A DNA stretch of 64,000 nt, taken from assembly GCA_002633005.1 (NCBI GenBank), contig NMRA01000538.1, forward strand, positions 124,001 to 188,000. The letters run 5' to 3'. How positions within the stretch are numbered: position 1 is the stretch's first letter; every line of letters starts with the position of its first letter. This stretch comes from Phoronis australis. Lineage: Eukaryota; Animalia; Phoronida. Made by a program: the position numbers and the translations under genes. Under the pieces are notes generated by a model. The model was not told the DNA's origin and searched no databases. It saw only the letters and a program-made list of their open reading frames with translations. Below, piece by piece: positions 22,001-34,000 of this stretch.

Positions 22001-25000
22001 CAAGCAGTGTCAATAAATGTAATAAACAACTCTGCTTTTTGAAAAATTACACAATTTCAAGATTCAATGATTCCAATATGTAACATAGAAAAGGAAACAA
22101 AATTGGTATTCGAGTCATGTTGGACTTCTGCAATAAGCAACATAAAAATATGGAAATGAGTTGTCTAGACTTGGCTGGATAATCAGTCTATCCTGAAAGC
22201 GGGTATCAAAAATTACATTGATTAATGCATGTCATGGTTCACATTTTCCACTGATTGATTCCAAAATAATCCTATACCAATTCCAAGTCATTTATGCCAT
22301 TGCTACAACATCCCATACAATATATTTATAAATTACAAAACTAAATAAGGGCATGCATTCGGAACAACTGAAAGCCGGTGAAAAATAAAAATACAGTTTT
22401 GGCAGGTATTTTTTGCAAGAATTGATGACATTTTATCATACAAAGTTAAATGTTTCCTGAAGCTCAACAGAGATCTTCCTTGTCAAGAACGTTTATAGTA
22501 GGAACAGCAAACCAGTCAATGAAAACACAAGACAATTAAAATAATAGAGGAAATTAAAACCATTAAATGAAACAATGACATAACATGATAAAAAATCTCC
22601 AGTTTGGGCCAGTCTCTAAAATTTGTAACAATGACATTCAAGGTGAAATTGAATTTTCGTGATTCTGAAGATGGGACACGGTCGGTTTTGACATTCATCG
22701 TATTTATCAAATTTCTGACATTGCAGTTTTGTATCAAGTGAACAGAGCTGGAAAATAGATTTGGCAGTTCATAAAATTGTCATAAATATCTGCCACTACG
22801 CAACATTTTCATGAGTTTGTAAGTTTGAGTGGAATGATTATTTGTCATTGATTGTAATTCCATTTTTAAAATTTGACACGTGACCTTGAGCAATATAAAT
22901 TAATTTTTTATTGTCCCAAGCTGGAGAATTTTTACCATAAATCTGCTAATCAAGCTGTCACTTGCATAAGGTTTAAATTTAAGTTATTATATTCTCATTA
23001 GGCAACTCGTATGCTAACACTATTTCACTAACAATATTGCATTAACACTATTGCACTAACACTATTTACACACAAGTGGATGAGAATGCGTGCGTCCTCA
23101 CCCCAGTATCTGGCGAATGTCTCGGCACATCAAAAACTTCATGGCGCCATCACACATCAAAGTGAACTAACTTACTATTATTCATGGGCTTGGCCCAATG
23201 TTTTGGATGAGATAATAGCGAACTAATGCGCCTGTATAGCGTCTTAGTTTCAAAGTCAAAAAATGAACAATGAGTAAGGCAAACAACCAAAACAAACTGT
23301 TTTCAAAATTGAAAAGTGGATATTAGCTGTCATCGAATTTTTAAAATCGATGCATTATCAAAGAAATTTCTTCAGCAGCACGACTGAGCCATGAGCATTA
23401 GTTAACTTTGAAAGGGCAGGTTAGTCACAATCTGCCTTAGGCAAGCTTATAGGATTGGAGTGACAAAAAGTCAAATGTTAGTGTACAAATTGCCTCATGT
23501 TAATTCTTTAACTCAAGTCACAAATTTTACCTAAAACTTCATGGTTATAACTTCATTAGAACATTATACAGGTATTTTGATATCAAAGTTCTTTGGTAAA
23601 ATCAAGTTCATATCAGATTTTGATCCATGGATATATATAACATTATACATAACATGCCCATTTTTAAAAAAGAATTATTCTGCAGTCATGAAAATTTTTG
23701 TGACCTTTGCCTACAGCAACATAAGATAATCACTTGCCAGAGACGGCCGGAGTAGTCACATACCTCCTGTGTTCAGTGAAAGCCTGGAAACTCCTCACTC
23801 ATTGATAGAGACCTGGCGGACCAGGATGAAACATCTGCGACCAATCTACACCATCTCTAAGTAAGTGATTATCTTATACCGCAATACCTCTGGAGACCAA
23901 TGACCAACCTATTCTCCAGAATTTGCCTACAGGTATGCCATATTTAGAACATGGATATTCTAAACTAAAATCTAAACAAGATGAATCTGAAACCAAAACC
24001 TGCCTAGCAGTAAATCAAATTTATGGCAACTAGTACTTAACCATGCTGATTAACAAAATTTAACATTTGCGCTAACTGAAGCTAGTGCCTAACACCCTAC
24101 TGTGCTTTGGCCTTCAACAACTTTTCAGCGATTGGGTAATCCTGCATGGCTCTCTTAAAGTCGCTTTGAATGAGCACAAAAAGGTTTGAAAATCCTTTTG
24201 ACCTGACTGTAGCTGTACGTCGGTTACAGCCCGCCACGGCCAGTAAACTGAAAACAAGCATTGGGTTCACACGTTAGGCAGAAGTGGAGGCCTACTAAGT
24301 GTAAAGTGTGCCAGAACTTGTTAAAAATTATAATCCCAACATTACAATGATAACAATTAAAAGTATATCAGTTACGATTACTATTACCTTATTGCAATTA
24401 TTTTCTACTTAGGCGATATTTTTTCGGCTTAATAAACAACTTCATTCTTATGAATATGACAATCTTAAATGCCACGTGGAAGAAATACGTTGCAAACATT
24501 TTAAGGCAACCGATTTAAAACTGTTTGCAACTTCATTCTTTTTATTCTAATATCAATCGAAGTTGGCCATTTTCGACTCGCTGATGAAGCTTGACCGTTC
24601 AATGTAGCTTTTATGCTGTTTTTTCCTAATCTTCTTCACCGAAAGCTATGTACATAACTGTGAAAAATGTTGAAAATCCCTGCCTACAAATTAATTTGTC
24701 ATTCGGGGTATTGTCTGAGAATGTTTCATCGAATATGAGTTGAAAATAATGTTAAATACTGTTTAGAACACTGTGGTTGGAAATGTTCTAGAACAAGGAC
24801 CATATTATAACAATATCCTTTCCCTTCAGCCTAAATTTTACACCCATCACTGATCAAAACTGGCCACGGTGATATATTTTAAAGCATAATAAGTTATTAT
24901 CAAGCATGAATTCTTATTTTTAGTTTCATGCCAGCTTATGGCACCAAATGGTAAAATGTGAGCTGTTATCTTTTTTGAGCTGAGATGTGTGGTAAACACC

Positions 25001-28000
25001 CACTGTAAACAATATATCACATGGTGTCCAAAGTCACCAGAACCTGACCTTTGACCTAGATAAAAAGATCAGGGCAGCTGTGGTGTCTGGGCATTGAATA
25101 CACGAAGCCTGAGGATGAAATAAACTTTATAGAGTAATACAGGTGAGTCAATGAGAGTACACCAAGGTTCCTATTAATAAGAACTTCATTTTGTGAACAC
25201 AAGAGCAGTAGCTCAGTCTCCTGACATGGCAGTTCTAAGTTGGCATGATCAAGTCCTTGATCTGTATCATGAGACCATTAATTGTACTCAAAACAAGGAA
25301 GTGACATTCAGTTTTCAGTTAAGATTGCATCTATTGATATTGTTGCTTATCCTACTAAGACAATTCAATTACAAGGCTATTTATTAAATGACAATAACAA
25401 ACATCCAGATTAGTGAACTGTCTTGATATCTACTAATAAAGTAGTAGAAATGAAACAGAAAGCTGTATGTTCAAGTGGCATGAAAGATAGGTAATAGGAT
25501 GGTTGGGCTTGCCAACCAGGTGAATGTATGCATGAAATTACGTACATACAATGTCTGGTAAGATTGTGGTCAACATATGCGACCCAGTGAACTTTGAGTT
25601 TCTCATTCTATGACATAATTATAACACTTTAAAATATGAGATTTCGTCAAAGCAGTGTGCTTGACAAGATGCAAATTAATTAGCTCACATAAAAATCATC
25701 CATGTAAATGAACACAAAGGAAGACAATTAAGAAACAAAGAATTTAAGCCCACATCCTTCTTGCTCACAGGTATAAACTGGAAATCTATGCTATGCCAAT
25801 TTAAAGCTAGCCAAACTGGATTTAACCATTTCCTTGCCAAGGTTACAGTTTCAACATTTAGTAAATTGTACTTCGAGATAATAGTAACCTGCACAAAGGA
25901 ACTCAAATTTACTTTGGTGTTGCAAGTAAGCAAGGGTCCTTCCCACAGAAATGCCTGTATTCATTTACAGCACAAGACAAAAGTAACCAGACATCGGCAG
26001 CAAAAATTACTGGTATTTTTACTACTAGGTTGGCAAAATACTAATTGCAGAATGGCTTAATAACCCCCTTGCTAATTTTCATCTTTGGTCATGACAGATA
26101 GGCTACTCTGTTGATGGGCTATTCTGATGACAGGAATTTCGCTTCACTGAATACTTTTGGCTTAATTGTACTGTAAATCGTACGGGTCCCTAATTATCAC
26201 ATGAAGGTTTCGTGCTATGAATTGCTATTTAATTATAGTAATACCCGATGATATCAAGCAATCACGTTATAGAAGGGCTCTAGCCAGTCCTATATGATTA
26301 GCTAAGTGTTTTATGGAACCTTAAATACTCCGGATTTCTTTGAGGAAAACACACGGAAAGGAAATTTTGGAAAGACTGTGGGAAGTTGCCAAGTAGTTAT
26401 TTCTGTACCCAGTCAAACAGAAGTACTCAAGATAATTAACGCTGAGTACTGAATAAAATAAGATGAACGAAAATTTTAACGATAACGTAGGAAGCAGGAA
26501 AAGGGGGTGCAGGTGGAGGTAAAAGGCGTGTTAACTGGAAAGGAAGGGAGTAAAACTGCATGGTATCAATCTGGTGAAGACAAAACTGCAGTCAACTGGG
26601 AGCCACTAACATTCGTCTGACATCCCACTTAAAACAAAACTTCTTGTGCTTGAGTGTAATAAAAAATACTGTTTCAACCACCGTTCTTTCTCAAATGGTG
26701 CAACCTGTAAATACTTAATTACAGACGGATTACATATCTAGGTGCAACAGACTGCAGGATGAGGTTAAATGAACGTACATTAAAGACGACTGTAGTCCGC
26801 TTCATCATTTGAAGAAAAAAAGTGTTCAAATTGTTGAGTTTTAACTACAACTTTAAATCCCATCTCTGACTTCTTATATTCTATAAAATAATTTTACGTA
26901 GTTTACCTTCAGAAATCTTTCTTCATTTCTAAGATCATGCTAAATGCAATAACAAATAACTGTTAATTTTGGGATGTCTGTTTCAACACTCATTCCGTGG
27001 TACTGTACTTCTACTTTTCTATAAGTCCAGGATATAACTCGCAATAACAAATTCTGAGGCAATTATGAAATATTTTAAGGAAGGTAGTTATTTATAATTA
27101 GCATTGTTATTTTTCAAGAGATGTCCGCAAGCGAACACGACAGCCCCTTCTTGTCCTGCCAGATATGTTTTGAAGTTTACGACAGCGAATGTCACCAGCC
27201 TAAGCTCCTCCCATGTCACCATGGTTACTGCAAACAATGTATTGCTGAACTTGTGAGTCATCATAAACACTTTCAGTGCCCGACATGCCGCCGAAAAATT
27301 GAACTTCCACGTGGTGGTGTGGATGATTTGCAAACAAACTTCTATGTAGAGGATATTGGTAAAATCTTAGACAGTGTTTCTCCGGAAACCTGTAAGACTC
27401 ACCCAGGACAGGCTTTGGTTAGTTTCTGTGCATCCTGCCAGGTGGCACTCTGTTATGAGTGCACTCGAACGGAACACAAAGAAAGTAAACAACACGTTCA
27501 TAGAAGCATAAATGACGTGCGTGTGGACCTCGAGCAAAAAATCCGCGAGAAACTTGTGACCATCTCAGAGGAAGCTAAAAACACCCATCAGGGCTTAACG
27601 CACTTGGCCAAATGCAAAGAGCAATTGCTGCATGACAAACTACGAGCTGAACAAGAAATTGACCTCAGATATCGTGAAGCTGCGAAGGAGATCTTGGCAG
27701 CCATCAAAGCAAGATGGCTGGCAGTTAAAAAAGAAAATGAAGAATTGTATCAGTCGAAAATCATTGAACTGACTACCCAAATTAAAAACTGTGAAGAAAA
27801 ACTGCTATCTTTGGAAAACATCACCGAGGCATTCAATTCAGCAGTAAGAGACAGAAAACACAGCTCTGTGCTAAATATAGCCTCCAAACATGGAGCGCTG
27901 TATTCAGTGGACAATCTTTTGAAGAAAGAAACTTTCAGCAAGACAGTGCCAAAATTGAGATTCAATGAAGGTATATGGCTATATGCAGCTAAACAATTGT

Positions 28001-31000
28001 TACGTAGTGCTGGTCAAATGCTGAAAGAGAACCAATTAGGCGTTGTGGTACCTCCTGAGAAAATGGACATAACAACGCATCCTAAACCTGGTCTGGTTTG
28101 CTCCGTGAATTTTCATCTCTCAAAAAAAGCCGATGTCAGCATCTTTATTGAGGACTCGGTTGACGATCCAATAGATTATTCACTCGATCAACAAGGCAAA
28201 TTTTTTGGAGTTCAGTTCATACCACAAATGGCTGGTGCACATCATATGGTGATCAAACATGGCGGATCAGTTATCCAAGGTGGGGACATTACAATTAATG
28301 TGGAAAGTAACGATCCTTTATTAATTGTAAACAGTACCCTCAACGTAGCTGCATCCTTTCACAGGCCTCGATGTGTAGCTTTAGATGGTCAGATGAATGT
28401 ATATGTGGCAGACATGGGAAACAACTGTGTTAAAAAAGTCAACATTAATGCTGGCTACTCCTCAATTAACTTCTGCAATACACCTAGTTTTGATATTGCT
28501 ATCGATTGTTTAGCTAATGAACTTTTGTGTACCAAAGTGAGAACAGACCAGAGTCAAACAGGATGGAGTAATGCAGTTGAAATTTACAGTCTTGACGGAA
28601 CTCTTCAAAGCATTATTGAGAACCAGCTAGCCAGCCGTTCATTATGGGTAGCTGTCAACAGTCAACATCACATTCTTACCTCCGACAGCAATGAACATGT
28701 GATATTTGTTCATAATAGACAGGGCAAATTGTTGAAGACCATTGGTAGACAAGGTTCAAAGGTCGGTAAGTTCTCAGGGCCAGCGGGAATATGCATTGGA
28801 CCCAATGACGATATAATTATCGCAGACAGGGGAAATAAGCGAGTTCAGATACTGGATTCCGAAGGACAGTTCAAAACACAAATAGGATGTGCAGGGACAG
28901 GTAAAGGGGAATTCCTATGTCCTATCAGTGTTGCTGTAGACAGACAAAATATGATTATAGTCAGTGACTGGAAATGTAATAAGATACAGATATTCAAATA
29001 TGACGGCACATTTGTAGCATGCATCGACAGTTCAGGAGACATACTCAACGGCCCAACGGGCATGGCACTGACCAATGATGGTGAAGTGTTTGTGGCTGAC
29101 TGCAAGAACCACTGTGTGAAGAAATACAGATATCAGGATTCACCTGGCAAGTCGCTGATACCTGACCAATGTTGTGTAAGTTAGAAGCAGGTGTCTACTA
29201 ATAAAATCAATGTTAGAGGAAGTAATCATCATGTGAGCTCTGTGATATTACAAAGTGATTACTGCAATACTCAGTGAGTCAGAAACAATATCAAGCTGAA
29301 ACTACAATGTCATTACAAACTGATGAATGTGTGAGTAATTAATCAGGTAAGTGCTCAGTGATAATAGTGATTGATGCAAGGTATTCTAGAAACAAGTGAC
29401 TGCTCTGTGATAGCGCCAACTGACTCAGTTGCACACTTGCATATGAATGTATTAAAAAGTTCTATAGACCACAGATTACATTACTACCCAGTTGCTGAAT
29501 GATTCACAATCACGTGACTTCTGTTTCAATTGCCTGGTGCCAACATATGACAATACGAAAATTTATGACAGTTTAAACTGGAAATTTTGTGAACATATAA
29601 AACCTGTTTTAAACAACGCCAACTTAAGTGAGAGGGTGAGCAACTCAGACCTCATTACCAGAGTACAAATTGATCAAATTTCTACTGTTACACTATCCAA
29701 CCATGCAATTCTTCAGTTCACTTGCAGTACCTGACTTCATTCTTGTCTCCATGTCACATAATAGGAGATCAAGTGACAAATTTTCAGCGCATTTTAGAAT
29801 TTCACAATAATTCATACCTTAATTAGAATTAACTTCAACATTTTGTAACATCAACTTATGGAACTGAGGAGCGTGCAAGAAGTGGTTTATAAACTCATGA
29901 ATAGCAACCAATTGTCCTGTAATGTCCAAACTGCTACACTAAGCATAGATCCTGAAACACATTAATGCATGAAAAGACAATTACTGAGAAAGCATCTTCC
30001 ATAAAAAATAAGTTGCAATTTTCCTTGCATGGTTTCACACTTAGACACTGCAATTCAGATGGGATTTTACCAAGCATATAATTACCTTGAAATTTTACAG
30101 TAAAATGAATTGAACGTGGAAGAGAGGAAGTATAAGAAACTATGATGCAACACCGCAGAATGGAAAAGTAAACAACCTGATTTGTAATGTCGCAAGAAGG
30201 GTACATATCGTCTTCAAAGCCCATTTATTGAATGACGCTACCTCTGCACAGTTGACCCTTTATCCAAACCTGTACAACCCTTGCAAAGCAGCAGTAGCTA
30301 CAGCTCACCTGATCTCACCAAACACACTACCCTTGCCAAGTGTTGCCAGCACCTGGCCCGTTGGTGCCACTACCTCCACCAGTCCGTGCACCACAATGTA
30401 CATCTCAGTGCCAACTTCACCCTGGCCAAAATTGAAGCACAAGTCAAGAAAGGAATGCTATGACACGCCCACATCTTGAGTAGAGCTGCCAACAGAAAAT
30501 ATTTTTGAAACATTGTGGGCACTCTAAACAAAGTTAGAAACCCTTGAAAAATGAAAAAAGTGCAGTCTTGGCGATTATTTTTGTCTGAAGTTGGTGAAAC
30601 TTTACCATACCAACAAACTGTCAGTTCTGCCCAAGCTCAAAATTCAAGTCTGATCTCAGCAAGGAGCATCTCCGAGACCAATTTAATTTAACAATGAAAA
30701 GTTGTCTAAATCAGAAGTTTGGTTTCTATTGGAAGGCGATTTGAATCACCCACAATACCAAAATTTATAGCTGAGAAAAAAGTCCCCGTTGAACAATTTC
30801 TCGGCAAGACCTTTACACCGTCGATAGGTCACTGAGTCACACCAATGGGCTTTCTATTATTGCACTAAACCACATAACGCTTAATCTTCGTGAGAGACCG
30901 TCCGGAGTTGGTATATGGTGCAACTCGGGACGGTCTGGGGTCTACAGAAAACCACAGTTCAACTGTGAGTCTACACTAATGTGATAAACGAGAGTAAGTT

Positions 31001-34000
31001 CTACTTGCTGCGTCAGCTGCTAGTATGCTTATCTCTTTTATGACACACAATGTGTGACTGGGCAAAGCGTTTTCAAAATAATGTGGATAAATCAGTGGAG
31101 TGTGAGACCCCTGAGGTCCCTGTCAAGTCTTCACGGCAATTTTACGTTATGAAAATCAAATTAATGTAGACGGTCGGAGATTTCTGACGCTAAACAGGTA
31201 AATTTTAAAACAGATTTCTATATATGGAAGTTGCGAAATTTCACCGGCATTTCAGACAAAAATAATTGCCAAAAATACCTTCCTTTATTTTTCAAGGGCT
31301 TATAACATTCATGAATTGCCCTCAAATTTTCAAAACCTGGTTGCTGAGGTACAAAATCTGAACATGGAAAAGCATTTAATTTCATGAACTGCAGATTTTT
31401 CATCAAAATATCACTAGTCGGCCATATTGTTTCCTCCCTTGGTGAAAATTTACCGTAGCCTATTCTCATGTCAGTTCTGCCTACCTTGGTGATAATGTTG
31501 TCTCCAGGGAGATACAGCACAGGGCGGAGTTTAGACACAAGATCAAAGAGAAGGTTCTTATCACAATCCTGGAACAACTGCACTTGACTAAGAGTGTCAA
31601 AGTGAACACTTATAGCAATATCAGTGACCAGCTTCTGCGGTAACACCTGCAGCAATGAGTTCTCATCTGCAAGGAAAAGAGTGTGTATCACAAAACCAAC
31701 ACCGCAATGATTAGACTACTCTTACGCTAACAGGATTTTCAAGCAAGTGGGCGAGAAAACATGCACTGTTCACCTCAGAGTATCTAGCGAATTCCTCGAC
31801 ACATCAAAGGCTTAATGGCACCATCACAGATTGAAGTGAGCTAGTCAGTATTAATGAGCTTAGCCAAATGTGTATTGAAAGAGGTAATTGCCATGGTAAC
31901 CAATGTGCCTGCTTAGCTATTAGTTTCAGAGTTATGACAACAAGCAGGCCACTTATCTAGCAGGCTTATTACAGACCACCTGTGAACACAGTCAAACTCA
32001 GAGTGAATTGGTGTATTCGGAAAGAATAGATTGTCGTAACTTCGGTTGCAGTTGGACAGTTTTGGTGATTCTAAAACTAAACATGATCAACATTTGACGA
32101 AAATTTCAGAAATGCTATTGGTTTATATTCAAATATGTTATAACTTAACTTTTATTTTTAACAGCACAGCCCAGTCAGGTTAGATTCTATCTTATTGGAG
32201 GTTAGAGCAATCACTGAACAAAAGAGAGCTGGTCCTCCAGCCCAAAAATGCCAGTATGGAGTTAATCAGTCATGTAAGATATTGGCTACTGGGGTAAACT
32301 TCCCAACTCGTTGTTGGGCTATAGAATCGAACAAGTTGGGAGCAACGGGAAAACGCCGTAATGAACTATAACACTCACTGAACGGCCCAGTCTTTTAATG
32401 TTGGATCAACATTTGAAACAATGTGCTTACTAAAAAAATACAATTTCACAACAACATCTCGGAGTTTAGATACTGATCACTCAACAAAGTATCAACGCAT
32501 AGATAATTGTTGAGACAAATATGAACTGAGATCTGATCTCCGAGTTTAGCTGGTGAAATAGTAGTTAGTTTGTTCCCATCTGGATGCTACTGCATGAAGA
32601 TAACCGCTGTTCACAAGACAAACTGATCTACCTTCTGATTTGTATTTTCTGTCTTAGGGGAAGAAAGGCACAATTTTCATATTTCTATCATTGCTCTTCA
32701 TATGTGGAGGTAGAAAAACACCTTACTTAATCTAGTTTTTAAAATGTAGGGTCGCTAACACACTTCTGAATCCAGTCAAACAAATGTGAAAAACGCTTCA
32801 TAGAGCCTCTCTGAAGCTGTTAAATTCTTTATGCCTGTATTACATGTCACTGGGAACCAACTAAATATTATTTACATCAGAATGACAAATAGCAAATTAA
32901 TTTCAATCTCAAATAGTGATTAGCTTGGCGTCAATGTGCAGCCATGGGGTAAATATAGCAGTGTTGCCGGAAGAGACTGTTGAGACAACATAGACCTACC
33001 AAGAGTTTTCTGTGTACTCCATGTGTAGTTGAACCAAGTCCTGACCTTGTTCTGCAGCTCTTTGGGTACATTTAGATTCTGCATGTGGTGAAGAGTGGCA
33101 TCCATGTTCTTACGAAAAGACACGCGGTTAGCGCTCGCCGCAGTGTAGATATCTCTTATCTGAAAAAGTTGTGACAAAAAATTGACTCGTGTTTGAGAAA
33201 TATGACTATTGCACCAAATGAAATAGCATAGCTGGNGCTAGTCAGTATTAATGAGCTTAGCCAAATGTGTATTGAAAGAGGTAATTGCCATGGTAACCAA
33301 TGTACCTGCTTAGCTACTAGTTTCAGAGTTATGACATTAGCAGGCCACTTATCTAGCAGGCTTATTACAGACCACCTGTGAACACAGTCAAACTCAGAGT
33401 GAATTAGTGTATTCGGAAAGAATAGATTGTCGTAACTTCGGTTGCAGTTGGGCGGTTTTGGCGATTCTAAAACTAAACATGATCAACATTTGACGAAAAT
33501 TTCAGAAATGCTATTGGTTTATATTCAAATATGTTATAACTTAACTTTTATTTTTAACAGCACAGCCCAGTCAGGTTAGATTCTATCTTATTGGAGGTTA
33601 GAGCAATTACTGAACAAAAGAGAGCTGGTCCTCCAGCCCAAAAATGCCAGTATGGAGTTAATCAGCCATGTAAGATATTGGCTACTGGGGTAAACTTCCC
33701 AACTCGTTGTTGGGCTAAAGAATCGAACAAGTTGGGAGCAACGGGAAAACGCCGTAATGAACTATAACACTCACTGAACGGCCCAGTCTTTTAATGTTGG
33801 ATCAACATTTGAAACAATGTGCTTACTGAAAAAATAACATTACATAACAACATCTCGGAGTTTAGATACTGATCACTCAACAAAGTATCAATGCATGGAT
33901 AATTGTTGAGACAAATATGAACTGAGATCTGATCTCCGAGTTTAGCTGGTGAAATAGTAGTTAGTTTGTTCCCATCTGGATGCTACTGCATGAAGATAAC

